Part shown: piece by piece, positions 42,443 through 54,000 of the stretch
Numbering within the stretch: the stretch's first letter is position 1
How the letters are laid out: every line of letters begins with the position of its first letter
Source: an uncultured Chroococcidiopsis sp.
Lineage (GTDB): Bacteria; Cyanobacteriota; Cyanobacteriia; Cyanobacteriales; Chroococcidiopsidaceae
Direction: 5' to 3'
NCBI GenBank assembly: GCA_964248365.1
Contig: CAXTYC010000015.1
Location: 1-64,000 of the forward strand
Length of the DNA stretch: 64,000 nucleotides
Position numbers and translations under genes: made by a program
The notes under the pieces: generated by a model
The model's input: the letters and a program-made list of their open reading frames with translations, nothing else
What the model was told of the DNA's origin: nothing
The model's database searches: none

Positions 42443-42753
42443 CCAAAATAGCTATTAGCTATTAGCTAAATGTTCATTGTTTATTGGTTTTTGACATAGA
42501 CGCTATTGATCCTGCTAAGCTAAAGCGCATTTAAATTGCATATGATTAACTAGAACAAAAACGGTCAAACCTTCTCCCACTCTCCCACTCTCCCCCTCTC
42601 CCCCTCAATCTATACGAGTAAATTGAATGCCTAACAGCTTAGGACGCGCAGACACTCGTACAAATAACACTCGTACAGCGAGCTAAAAGATTCGTGAAAC
42701 TTTTAGGGTTGCTATATTTGAAGTGAGCTTGTTTCATTTTGTCAACCCCTGGC

Positions 42754-45165
42754 TTAAGCTGACAGGATTTTTGAAGAAGTTGGTGATGGGATGATATGCT
42801 TACTTAGCAAAAGTGTTGTAGCAGCCTGGCTATCTACAGGTTTAGAGAATAAATATCCCTGTCCAAATTGACAATTTAGATCTTTAAGTTGAGCCAGATG
42901 TTTCACTGTTTCCACCCCTTCAGCAACTACACTCATTCCTAAGTTACTGGCAAGTGCCATAATAGCCCGAACAATCTCCAATTGTTCGATATCAGTATCG
43001 ATTTTGTTAATAAAAGAACGATCAATTTTTAATGTATGGGTAGGCAAACGGTACAAATAAGCTAAGGATGAATAACCTGTACCAAAGTCATCAATGGAAA
43101 ATTGAATGCCTAGAGCCTGAAGTTGCAAAAGCATAGCAGTTGCAGACTCGGTATTTTCCATAATTACACTTTCGGTAATTTCTAACTTTAAACTACTAGG
43201 CTCTAATTCTGTTTCCAGCAGAATTTGTTTAATTTGTGCTATCAAATTTGGTTGAGCAAATTGCTTAGCAGAAAGATTTATGCTCATTACTAAAGATGAA
43301 TATTCGGTAAATTGCAAATGCCAGAGGCGCAGCTGACGGCAAGCTTCTCTGAATACCCACCACCCAATTGGTACAATCAAACCAGTTTCTTCTGCTAAGG
43401 GAATAAACTCTGCTGGAGAAACTAAACCCCGTTGGGGGTGCTGCCAGCGAATTAATGCTTCAAATCCTGTAATTTTACCATTTTGTAATGAAACAATTGG
43501 CTGATAATATAGCTGAAATTCCCCGCGCTCAATTCCGCGTCGTAGGTCAGTTTCTAATTGTAAAAGCACAACTGCTCGCGTGTGCATAGTGGTGTCAAAT
43601 ACCTCATAGCGAGCTTTTCCTAATGTTTTTGCACGATACATCGCTATGTCAGCATCACGCAGCAGGTCTTCCGCGCACTCATAACCAATAGTACTAGAAG
43701 CAATACCAATGCTGGCTGAGGTGAATACTTCATGTCCATCTAGATAGAAGGGCATTGTTAATTCTTCTTGCAGCCGATCAGCAATATTGGTTGTAACACT
43801 AACGTCTTTAATATCTTCTAGCAGAATTGTGAACTCATCTCCCCCCAGACGGGCGACTGTATCACCAATCCGTAGGTGCTTCTCTAGTCGGCGGGCGATC
43901 GCAATTAACAACTGATCACCAACTGCATGACCAAGACTATCATTAATCAGCTTAAAGCGATCAAGATCCAAGAAAAGTACTGCAAATGAATAATTCCTAC
44001 GCCGCTTTCCCAGAGAAAGTGCATGGCTCAACCGCTCCATGAATAAGATTCGGTTAGGCAACCCTGTCAAGGCATCGTGTAAGGCATCATGCAATAATTT
44101 TTCTTCGGTATATTTTCGAGCGCTAATATCCGTCTGTAACCCAACTATGCGATAGGCTTTTCCTGATGCATCCCTCACTACAACGGCGCGGCTGAGCATC
44201 CAACGATAGGTTCTGCCTTTACATAGAATGCGGTATTCACTTTCAAATTGCACGCTTAGCTCAGCCAGATGGTTCAGAATTTCCATCTTTATTCGTTCAA
44301 CATCTCCCGGATGGATGCGACTGAACCAATCATCTAAAGTATTCCCAATCTCGCTTTCCTGATAGTCCAGCATTGATTTCCATCGCGGCGAAAAGTAAAC
44401 CTCGTTAGTTCTCAGGTTCCAGTCCCACAGCCCATCATTGATCCCTTGCATGGCAAGGGCATAGCGCTCTTCACTCTCTTGCAGTGCTGCTTCTATCTGC
44501 TTGCGCTGGGTTATATCAATTTCTATAAAAACTGCGGCTTGCTCCTGTGTGTATTTCTGAGCAATAATCAGGTGGCTACGACAATTAGCTTTATTTTGAG
44601 TATTAATTTCTAAAGAGCTTCTTGTTGCTGGTTTAGCAAAAAAATCTTTGACAAATTCGATCCTTTCTGGGCTGCTGTTGAGAAAGTCAATAGGCTGACC
44701 AATAAAATCTTCAGGACATAAATCGAAAGCTCTAGCTAGCTGGTGGTTGACTCCAAGATATTTTAAGTTTGAACTCACCCAATAAATCTGTGCAGGAACT
44801 GCATCCAGAACAGCTTTAAATTGCTCTGTTGCTTGTTCTTGAGTATCAACAGCGCCAACTTGAGGCATAGACCAGCAGGCGATCGCAAATCCAACAAAAG
44901 TTAAAGTAATTAACACTATTACAAATAACTGGGTGCTGGAATGACCAGAGACGCTATTTAGCCCAGTACTCAGATAACTAACAACAATAGTACTGCACAG
45001 CAAAAGCAGTAGGCTCAATACTTGAGGGTTTACAAAGTTAAAGGCAATGCTTGTCGCAGATCTAGTGTAATGCTGCCACCACCATTGAGGATGAAAGGAG
45101 GCAAAAAAATACTGATTGCAGGTTAGGCGTGCAGACGAAGGCTGATTTAGACCCAGATTCTCCAT
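42754..45165 (-). CDS. Membrane-anchored PAS-PAS-GGDEF-EAL protein
   Basis: Two TM helices, PAS (DGLWDWNL...YFSPRW), DALTGLPNR, RIGD I-site, GGDEF, FEALIRW and DDFGTGYSSL. Confidence 0.93.
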   Translation of the reverse strand: MENLGLNQPSSARLTCNQYFFASFHPQWWWQHYTRSATSIAFNFVNPQVLSLLLLLCSTIVVSYLSTGLNSVSGHSSTQLFVIVLITLTFVGFAIACWSMPQVGAVDTQEQATEQFKAVLDAVPAQIYWVSSNLKYLGVNHQLARAFDLCPEDFIGQPIDFLNSSPERIEFVKDFFAKPATRSSLEINTQNKANCRSHLIIAQKYTQEQAAVFIEIDITQRKQIEAALQESEERYALAMQGINDGLWDWNLRTNEVYFSPRWKSMLDYQESEIGNTLDDWFSRIHPGDVERIKMEILNHLAELSVQFESEYRILCKGRTYRWMLSRAVVVRDASGKAYRIVGLQTDISARKYTEEKLLHDALHDALTGLPNRILFMERLSHALSLGKRRRNYSFAVLFLDLDRFKLINDSLGHAVGDQLLIAIARRLEKHLRIGDTVARLGGDEFTILLEDIKDVSVTTNIADRLQEELTMPFYLDGHEVFTSASIGIASSTIGYECAEDLLRDADIAMYRAKTLGKARYEVFDTTMHTRAVVLLQLETDLRRGIERGEFQLYYQPIVSLQNGKITGFEALIRWQHPQRGLVSPAEFIPLAEETGLIVPIGWWVFREACRQLRLWHLQFTEYSSLVMSINLSAKQFAQPNLIAQIKQILLETELEPSSLKLEITESVIMENTESATAMLLQLQALGIQFSIDDFGTGYSSLAYLYRLPTHTLKIDRSFINKIDTDIEQLEIVRAIMALASNLGMSVVAEGVETVKHLAQLKDLNCQFGQGYLFSKPVDSQAATTLLLSKHIIPSPTSSKILSA

Positions 45166-45902
45166 ATCAATTAGCTATACATCCTGAACTAAAAATTTTT
45201 GCTAAGTATTCCTGCTGGTATCAAATCTCTAAAGCTTTTAAAGCAGATATATTTGTATCCAAAACTTAATTAACTCTCTAAAATATGAATATGACTAAGT
45301 TTTACTTAATAAAAACCATTATTTTTTTTATTCACTGAATCTTTATTAAGATATTGCTCTAATTATTTTTTACTTAAATTTAAGTATTTTCTCCCAGTTT
45401 TTATTTCCAAAGCTATATTCAAGCAAAATTATTTTGTTGATTAGCTTGCTAAAATATCGAATCATATTTCTGTTGCTATAGCCTACTCTAGCAAAGTCCT
45501 CTACCAGTCTCTTGTCAACTCTTTCATTAGTTTTTTAGAAACTATCAATGTTACCTTACTGCTCCAGGGGCTTAGGTAATGCTACTCTACGAATTACATT
45601 AACATAACAATTTATATTAAATATATATCTCACCCTAAAAACAACCGAAAAAATACTTAAATTAAAACTTAAACTTCAAATCTTCAATTGCTAACGGTTT
45701 AAATGATAATTTAATAAAATAGCTTGTTTATTGCAGGTACTTAATGGAATATTAGTAACATACGACAGATAAGTTTAATCGTGTTTTTCACGTCTTTAAC
45801 CTGTAACAATACTGCTTAGTTATTGCAATTAATATAATAAAAACTAAATAAAACTTATTAACTGAAGCATTATATTTTTGAAATTCTTGAAAGAAGAAGC
45901 AG

Positions 45903-47678
45903 ATGATTGAAATTAATCTCAAGAAAATTGTCAGCAAGAAAGAAGTAATTGCCGTTTTGAATTACCTTGCCGAGGAAACAGGGGCTGCCATTCAGATTGA
46001 GGATGCAGCAGGTAAAAAACTAATCGGAGCGAACAGCGAGAATTTTACCCATAAATACCCGATAGAACTTTCAGACAAAGTGATTGGTTGGGTGCTTGGC
46101 GAGGAAAAAGTTGTCGTTGCTGCTAGCCTTATTTCCTACCTGGTAAAACAGGAGTTTGAGAAGAAGGCACTTACCAACGAATTACTAGATAAGTACCGAG
46201 AGATCACCCTACTTCATAATATTGCTACTCAAATTACTGGCAGTTTGGACTTGAAAGAGGTTGCCCAATTAGTAATTGAGGGGGTGGGGAAACTGATTGA
46301 GTCAACGGGAGGTTCAATTTTACTACTCAATCAAAAAACAAATCAGCTGGAGCCACTCTCGACATTTGGGCAAGCTTTTCCTTCCCAGGAACCTCTGAAA
46401 TTGGGAGAGGGAATTATTGGCAGCATTGCTCAAACAGGCAAGGGTGAGATTGTCAATGATGTTTTCTCTGATCTCAGGTTTACTCATTATCAAGAACTAG
46501 TCAACTCTTTCATTTGTGTACCGCTAAAGACGAAGGAGCAAATGATTGGGGTGATATTCCTTTGGAGCCATTGTACAAATGACAATAATAGTCAAAGCTC
46601 GATTACCTACACTTCCGAAGATCTGAAAATTTTGACCATGTTTGCGTTCCATGCGGCGGTAGCAATTGAAAATGCTCTGCTTTATGAGCAAACTTGTGCC
46701 GCAGCTACGGTTGCACAGGCTCAGGCACAGCAACTACAGCAAGCCCTATACGAGTTGCAACACACTCAAGCTCACCTAATTCAGAGTGAGAAGATGTCTA
46801 GCTTGGGAGAGCTTGTGGCAGGAATTGCCAATGAAATCAATAATCCAATCAACTTTATTCATGGAAATCTTACCTACGTTAGTCACTATGCCCAGAATCT
46901 GTTGACTTTGGTTAACCACTACCAGCAGTGCCACTCTACGGGTGATCCCAAAGTTAAGTCATTGTTGCAAGACATAGACATTGAATTTCTCACCGAGGAT
47001 TTACCTAAGACTTTAACTTCTATGAAAGTTGACGTAGAGCGCATTCGCAAGATCGTGCTTTCGCTGCGAAACCTCTCTCGCTCTGATGAGGTTGAGATGA
47101 AACCTGTCAATATCCACGAGGGTATCGATAGCACCCTGCTAATCTTGGAGAGCCGCCTGAAGCCAATGGGCAAGCATTCTGGCATTCGGATAGTGAAAAA
47201 TTACAGCAAACTGCCTCTGGTGGAATGCTATGCCAGTCAAATAAATCAGGTGTTTATGAATATCCTTGCTAATGCGATCGATGCCCTAGAGAATCAGACA
47301 GAACCAGGCATCATCACGATCCATACAGAAGTGAGGGAAGAATTGTCTCCTGACTTGCTACTTCCTACTACCTATGTAGTAATACGTATTCAAGACAACG
47401 GTTCTGGAATCAATCAAGAGATGCTTGCCCGCCTGTTTGATCCCTTCTTTACCACGAAGGCGCAAGGCAAGGGCGCGGGGCTAGGGCTTTCTATTAGTCA
47501 TCAGATTATCGAGAAGCATGGTGGGGCTCTAAAATGCCTATCCCAACCTGGGCAAGGGGCTATCTTTTCGATTCATATTCCAGTCAAGCCAACAATTATG
47601 TTGCAACCTATATTTCATTCTTCTACTGGCACAACAGGAATTTTTAACTCAAAGCGATCGCTTGCCCAGGTTGCCTGA
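45903..47678 (+). CDS. GAF-domain histidine kinase-like protein with the H-box His replaced by Asn
   Basis: GAF (GEGIIG, CVPL, AVAIENA); SEKMSSLGELVAGIANEINNP; N box NAIDA; DNGSG, FDPFFTTK and GKGAGLGL. Confidence 0.88.
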   Translation: MIEINLKKIVSKKEVIAVLNYLAEETGAAIQIEDAAGKKLIGANSENFTHKYPIELSDKVIGWVLGEEKVVVAASLISYLVKQEFEKKALTNELLDKYREITLLHNIATQITGSLDLKEVAQLVIEGVGKLIESTGGSILLLNQKTNQLEPLSTFGQAFPSQEPLKLGEGIIGSIAQTGKGEIVNDVFSDLRFTHYQELVNSFICVPLKTKEQMIGVIFLWSHCTNDNNSQSSITYTSEDLKILTMFAFHAAVAIENALLYEQTCAAATVAQAQAQQLQQALYELQHTQAHLIQSEKMSSLGELVAGIANEINNPINFIHGNLTYVSHYAQNLLTLVNHYQQCHSTGDPKVKSLLQDIDIEFLTEDLPKTLTSMKVDVERIRKIVLSLRNLSRSDEVEMKPVNIHEGIDSTLLILESRLKPMGKHSGIRIVKNYSKLPLVECYASQINQVFMNILANAIDALENQTEPGIITIHTEVREELSPDLLLPTTYVVIRIQDNGSGINQEMLARLFDPFFTTKAQGKGAGLGLSISHQIIEKHGGALKCLSQPGQGAIFSIHIPVKPTIMLQPIFHSSTGTTGIFNSKRSLAQVA

Positions 47679-47761
47679 AGCAAAAATCGTAGGTTTTCAG
47701 TAGAAGAGCGCTTTGTGCTGATTGTGATTGCTTATTCCCGATTCAAATAAGGTAAAAAATA

Positions 47762-50700
47762 ATGCTGAACAATTTAGAATCTACATCTATTCATCAATTG
47801 GTAGAGTCCCAAGCTTTACAAACCCCTGATGCTGTAGCGGTGATCTTTGGTCAGGAGCAACTGACCTACCGCGAACTCAACCAAAAAGCTAATCAATTAG
47901 CGCATTATCTACAAACTCTAAATGTAGGACCTGAAGTGCTAGTTGGAGTTTGTCTAGAGCGAAGTCTCTCAATGTTGATTGGGCTGTTAGGGGTTCTCAA
48001 AGCAGGTGGAGCTTATGTACCGCTAGATCCCTCCTTTCCCCAAGAAAGGTTAGCTTTCATGCTGGAGGACTCAGAAGTTCCAGTTCTGCTAACCCAACAA
48101 CATTTGCTTGAGATTTTGCCAGAGCGTGAAGGATTAAAAATTGTATGCATAGATACAGACTGGCAGGCAATAACTCAGCACACAGAAGAGAATCTTGACA
48201 GCCCAGTTAGCCCCGAAAACCTAGCCTACACTATTTATACTTCAGGCTCAACTGGCAAACCGAAAGGTGTGCAGATCGTCCATCGTGCTGTTGTTAACCT
48301 GCTTAAGTCTATGCAACAAGAGCCAGGACTCACCCAGTCAGATATTTTCCTGGGAATTACTACGATTTCCTTTGATATGTCAGTCCCAGAACTCTACTTA
48401 CCCCTGATAGTAGGTGCGCGAATTGTTCTAGTTAGACGAGAAGCGGGGAGCGATCCTGCCCAATTATCCAAGATTTTATCTGAATCTGGCGCTACCGTCA
48501 TGCAAGCTACGCCAGCAACTTGGCAACTTTTGCTCAGCGCAGGCTGGAAAGGAAATAAACAGCTAAAAATGCTGTGCGGCGGGGAAGCAATGACGCGATC
48601 GCTAGCCGATCAACTGCTCGAAAAAGGTGGCTCTGTTTGGCAGATGTACGGACCTACTGAAACGACTGTCTGGTCAGCAGTCTATCAAGTAAAGCCTGGA
48701 ATCAATCCTGTACCAATTGGTTATCCGATTGCAAATACGCAAATCTATCTCATACATGGACCAGCACGTAGGAAAGATGACTTATTACAACCTGTTCGGG
48801 TGGGAGAGCCTGGAGAAGTCTACATTGGTGGGGTAGGACTTGCTCGCGGTTATCTAAACCGTCCTGAACTCACGAGCGAAAGATTCATTCACGACCCCTT
48901 CAGTGACGATCCTGACGCACGCCTTTACAAGACTGGGGATTTAGCTCGTTACTTACCAGATGGCAGCATTGAGTTCATCGGTCGTATTGACTATCAAGTT
49001 AAAATTCGTGGTTTCCGAGTTGAGTTGGGAGACATTGAGGCAGCGCTGAGTCAATATCCAGTAGTCACAGAGGCTGCTGTTGTTGCCAAAGAAGATGCTT
49101 CTGGTAGTAAATGTCTAGTTGCATATATTGTTCCAAAGCTAGAGCCATCTGAGAAAAAAAACCTGGTTCCACAGCTGCGCGTATTTCTGAAGGAAAAACT
49201 CCCCAACTACATGGTTCCTTCAGTATTTGTTGTGATGGAATCCTTGCCCCTAACTCCTAGTGGTAAGATTGATCGGCGATCGCTCCCCGATCCGAAAAAC
49301 AGCAGAAAGAGTTTAGCAGAGGTATTTATTGCACCTTCTACCCCAATGGAGAAGCAATTAGCCCAGATTTGGTCGCAGGTTTTAGGCATTGAGGAAATAG
49401 GTATCTATGACAATTTCTTTGAGCTTGGAGGACATTCGCTCTTATCGGTTCAATTACTTTCTCAGGTAAGAGAAGCGTTTCAGGTAGATGTGCCTCTGTT
49501 TTACCTTCTTAAGGAACCAACCATAGCAGGACTGATCGAAGCGATTAATGTAGTTCAGAACTTAAGTTCTGCGGCTGTAGACAAGGAAACTGAGATAGAC
49601 TTACAAGCCGATGTTGTCCTCGACCCCACGATTAGTCCTAAGACTCCTGACGTTCAGCCTACAACAGAGCCAAAGCATATCTTTTTGACTGGAGCAACTG
49701 GTTTTCTCGGTGCTTTCTTACTACACGAGCTTCTAGAGAAAACTGGGGCAACCATCCACTGTCTAGTTCGTTCCAGAAGCCTTGAGGAAGCGGGGCAGAG
49801 AATTCAAAGTAATCTAGAACGCTACTTACTTTGGAATGAACAGTTAAGTTCCAGAATCATTCCAGTATTAGGGGATCTAACGCAACCCTTGTTAGGACTT
49901 AGTGACCAAGAGTTTTCTAAGTTGGCACTGAAGCTCGATTCAATCTATCACAATGGTGCATTCGTTAATATGGTTTATCCATACTCTGAACTTCGAGCAG
50001 CTAATGTACTGGGTACTGGGGAAGTTTTAAAATTAGCCAGTCTTGTCAAAGTTACTCCCGTCCATTTCATCTCTACTCTTGATATCTTCCAATCATCTTT
50101 CTACTCTAAGATGGATGTCATTCCTGAAAATGTTGACCTCGTCTATAGTGAAGATTATTACAATGGATACGCTCCAAGTAAATGGGTAGCTGAAAAGTTG
50201 ATGACGGCTGCACGAGAGAGGGGGATTCCTGTCTGTATTTATCGGTTAGGAATGGTGACAGGTCATAGCTATACAGGGGTTTCTCAAACAAATGATTTAA
50301 TGTGCAGATTGATCAAGGGCATGATTCAAATGGAAAGTGCGCCCCAGTTGGATCGTATGATTAACATGACTCCAGTAGACTACGTGAGCGGGGCGATCGT
50401 TCACTTATCGATGCAGCCAGAATCAATAGGGAAAGCTTTTCACCTGAACAATTCCCATCCCTTACACTTGAGCGAATTTGTTAGTGAGATCCGCGCTCTG
50501 GGCTATCCCATTGAGCAGATTCCTTACGATGAGTGGCTTTCACAGCTACTACAGCCTGATTTTTCGCGGGAAAATGTTTTGCGTCCGCTGTCTTTTCTAC
50601 TAACTAAGAGGTTTGAACAACAACTGTCCTATCTAGAGATATCCTTGCTAGCATCCCAGACATTCGATTGCCAGAACACAATCGACGGGCTTATAGGGAC

Positions 50701-50875
50701 ATCTATTGTTTGTCCACCAGTCGATGCCCAACTGTTGAATGTTTACTTTTCCTATTTCAGTCGTAGTGGTTTTCTACAACCTCCTTTAGTGGATGTTAAG
50801 GAAAGCTTCGTATTCGACCAGATACTAGAAGCTAAGACTAAGTTACAGCTACTAGTAGGCAGCGGGCAAAAATAA
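47762..50875 (+). CDS. Stand-alone NRPS-like A-T-R (adenylation-thiolation-thioester reductase) enzyme
   Basis: YTSGSTGKPKG, YGPTETT, YKTGD and PSGKIDR; carrier FFELGGHSL; reductase TGATGFLG and GYAPSKWVAE. Confidence 0.93.
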   Translation: MLNNLESTSIHQLVESQALQTPDAVAVIFGQEQLTYRELNQKANQLAHYLQTLNVGPEVLVGVCLERSLSMLIGLLGVLKAGGAYVPLDPSFPQERLAFMLEDSEVPVLLTQQHLLEILPEREGLKIVCIDTDWQAITQHTEENLDSPVSPENLAYTIYTSGSTGKPKGVQIVHRAVVNLLKSMQQEPGLTQSDIFLGITTISFDMSVPELYLPLIVGARIVLVRREAGSDPAQLSKILSESGATVMQATPATWQLLLSAGWKGNKQLKMLCGGEAMTRSLADQLLEKGGSVWQMYGPTETTVWSAVYQVKPGINPVPIGYPIANTQIYLIHGPARRKDDLLQPVRVGEPGEVYIGGVGLARGYLNRPELTSERFIHDPFSDDPDARLYKTGDLARYLPDGSIEFIGRIDYQVKIRGFRVELGDIEAALSQYPVVTEAAVVAKEDASGSKCLVAYIVPKLEPSEKKNLVPQLRVFLKEKLPNYMVPSVFVVMESLPLTPSGKIDRRSLPDPKNSRKSLAEVFIAPSTPMEKQLAQIWSQVLGIEEIGIYDNFFELGGHSLLSVQLLSQVREAFQVDVPLFYLLKEPTIAGLIEAINVVQNLSSAAVDKETEIDLQADVVLDPTISPKTPDVQPTTEPKHIFLTGATGFLGAFLLHELLEKTGATIHCLVRSRSLEEAGQRIQSNLERYLLWNEQLSSRIIPVLGDLTQPLLGLSDQEFSKLALKLDSIYHNGAFVNMVYPYSELRAANVLGTGEVLKLASLVKVTPVHFISTLDIFQSSFYSKMDVIPENVDLVYSEDYYNGYAPSKWVAEKLMTAARERGIPVCIYRLGMVTGHSYTGVSQTNDLMCRLIKGMIQMESAPQLDRMINMTPVDYVSGAIVHLSMQPESIGKAFHLNNSHPLHLSEFVSEIRALGYPIEQIPYDEWLSQLLQPDFSRENVLRPLSFLLTKRFEQQLSYLEISLLASQTFDCQNTIDGLIGTSIVCPPVDAQLLNVYFSYFSRSGFLQPPLVDVKESFVFDQILEAKTKLQLLVGSGQK

Positions 50876-51001
50876 CTTGAACAATTTCACATTCATCTAA
50901 AAGGGCTAGCCTAACTGAAGTTCCAAAACTAAAGGGATTTAGTTATAAAGAGAGTTAGCTAAATTTTTTGGGAATTCTAGGTACTAGTAGTCTAATTATT
51001 A

Positions 51002-54000
51002 GTGCCAAATATGAAGAGTACTCAGGCAGGCGTAACTTCAGCGCCCCATCTTCCTCGCACTCTCAACCCTTTGGAAACCTATGGCTTTGGACTAGCAGGA
51101 CCTCCTGGCTGGACAGGTGTAGTTGGGCTAATCCATGCGGCGCTAGCTTCACAAGCTATTTTTGTCTGGATTCCAGTGACATTGATTGGGGTGTTAATCA
51201 ACTACCAAGTGAAGCGTCTGGGGATGTCTCAGGTAGACGTAGCTGGGGGTACACCTAACTACATTTCCAGGTTGCTCAATCGTTACCCAATTGTTGCTCG
51301 CTATGCTGCAATTGGGTATCTGCTCAATTGGGTTTCAAGTATATCACTAAATGCCATTATCCTCACCGACTTGGTTCAGGGCAATCTTGAGGTATTTGGC
51401 ATTACGCTGCCCACAATGTTCGTGCGCGTCGGTTTTATGCTGTTGCCCTTTATATTGGCACTTAGTGGCACCCGTGCCTTAAGCATCCTGCTCTTATTTT
51501 TTATTCTTCCATCTATTGGGCTGCTCGTGGTATTCAGTCTACAGGGGCTGGGCTGGCTAGCACTGTCTCCAGATAGTCCTGGCTTTTTTCCCACGAGTTG
51601 GGGTGAGTTTAACTTTGCTTCCTGGGCAAAGTGGTTCTTTTTCGCAACCTTTGTTACCTACAGTAGTGAAACCGCCTCATCGTTTGTTGCCGATAGTCGC
51701 CGCCCTGTTGAAACCCTTCGCTTCCTAGACTTTGCTGCCTGGACGGGTGCAATCATCTTTATTGGTGGGGCTTGGGTAGTAATGCGATTAGCTCCTGGTG
51801 CAGCTTTAGGTTCAAGTAATTCAGACGATCCGTTTCTAAATCTAGTGGCTGCTTCCAAACCCTTTTGGGGTCAATCTGCATCACTGATTGTCACCTTCTT
51901 ACTAGGATCTTCTTGCCTGCTTACTATTGCAACGGCTGTTTCCAACTGTCCCCGAATCTTGTATCAGCTTGCCCTGGATAAGCATCTCGCACCAGTTTTT
52001 AGCGTTGTGTCACGGCAGGGAGTATTTGGTCCCGCATTAACCTTAGTTTTCGGGCTGGCAATGTTCTTTCTCCTTTGGGGAGATGTTGCCCATATTGTGG
52101 TTGTCGGTAATGTAAGCTGGTTCGTGTCCTTCACACTGCTGCATTTATCTGTCTGGTTACAACGAGGTAGAGCGGAGGTTCTGGCTCCGCGATTATCCTT
52201 GGGCATTTTTCTATTGGAAGTAATTGTCCTGTTCGTGGGTGGAATAGCTTGGGAGTGGCAATACTTTTTGATTGGGTTGCTTGCTCCGGTTGGGATTTTG
52301 ACGATTGATGCTGCCATCCGACGTATTCGATTTGCTCCCTTTCGCCCAACTTGGTGGATACAGCGATATAAAGCAAATACTTCGATCAGGATCAAAGACC
52401 TACTAATTTTCCAAGTCACTGTCCTGATCGTTTTGATCTGTGGAGCAGTTTTGATTGGTTGGGGGTTTAGATCGCTTTTAAATTCAGGTACAGCTGAGCA
52501 ATCTAACAACCTCATTCTTGTACTGATGATGATCGTTGCATTTATAGGAGTGGCGATCGCCTGCTGGACTACTTTGCCCCAGGTATTTGAGCTAGAACTC
52601 CGAGTCGAGGAGCGTACTGCCTATTTAAGTGCCATCATTGATAACTTAGCAGACGGTCTACTGGTGGTTGACCTAAATGGCAAGATTGTTCGCACGAATC
52701 CGGTTCTATTCACACTATTTGGTTTTGAAAACACCGAGTTGAGCGATCACAATTTTGAGATTGTGTTCAATCGCAAAGTTGTAGAACTAGTGGAACAGAC
52801 CCGCAAATCTCCAGAAAAAGTCTTTGTTGCGGAAATTGCCCTGACAGGTGAAAAAACGGGTAAGGCAGTGGCAACTGCCATTATGAGAAATTCGAGTTTT
52901 GCAAATGACAAAAATCAACACAATCAGTCTATTGGTTCAGTGCTGCTAATTCGAGATATCACATCTGATAAAGAAGTGGATCAGATGAAGACTGATTTTA
53001 TCTCCACAGTCTCGCACGAATTGAGAACGCCGCTAACTTCCGTACTAGGTTTTGCCAAGATTATTAAGAAAAAACTGGATGAGACAATATTTCCACTACT
53101 AAGCCCTGATGATAAGAAAGTTCAGCGCAATATACGGCAAGTAGGAGACAATATCAACATTATCTTATCAGAAGGCATCAGGCTGACCGATTTGATCAAC
53201 GATGTTCTAGACATCGCTAAGATGGAGGCAGGCAAGATTGAATGGAAAATGGAACCGCTGCAGATAACTGAGGTTGTAGAACGGGCGATCGCTGCTACCT
53301 CTGCTCTATTCCAACAGAAAGACCTAAAATTGATTCAGGAAATCGAACCAGGGTTGCCCTCTGTTATGGGCGATCGCGATCGATTGATCCAAGTAGTCAT
53401 TAACCTGATCTCCAATGCGGTGAAGTTTACTGACAATGGCTCAGTTACTTGCACAGTGGGTAAAGATGACAACACAATTACCGTTAGCATAATTGACGCG
53501 GGTATAGGTATTGCCTCGTCTGACCTAGACAAGGTATTTGAGAAATTCAAGCAGGTTGGTGATACACTCACTGACAAACCCAAAGGCACTGGTTTAGGGC
53601 TACCTATCTGTAAACAAATTGTGGAACATCATGGGGGTAGAATTTGGGTTGAAAGCGAACTGGGCAAGGGTAGTAATTTCTCCTTTACCTTACCGATAAG
53701 TACTGCTTGCGAAATGAAGATCAAGACCTTAGATATGGATACTTTGGTCAAGCAGCTGCGGGAACACGTAGTCATAAACTCATCTGTTTCGGCAGCCCGT
53801 CAGAAAAATATTTTAGTGGTGGATGACGATGCCAATATCCGGCAACTGCTGCGGCAACAACTAGAAGCTGAAGGCTACATAATCAGAGAAGCAAAGGACG
53901 GGATAGAGGCGATCGCACAGGTTAAAAAATCCGTCCCCGATTTGATTATTCTAGATGTGATGATGCCTGAAATGAGCGGCTTTGATGTTGCTGCTGTACT

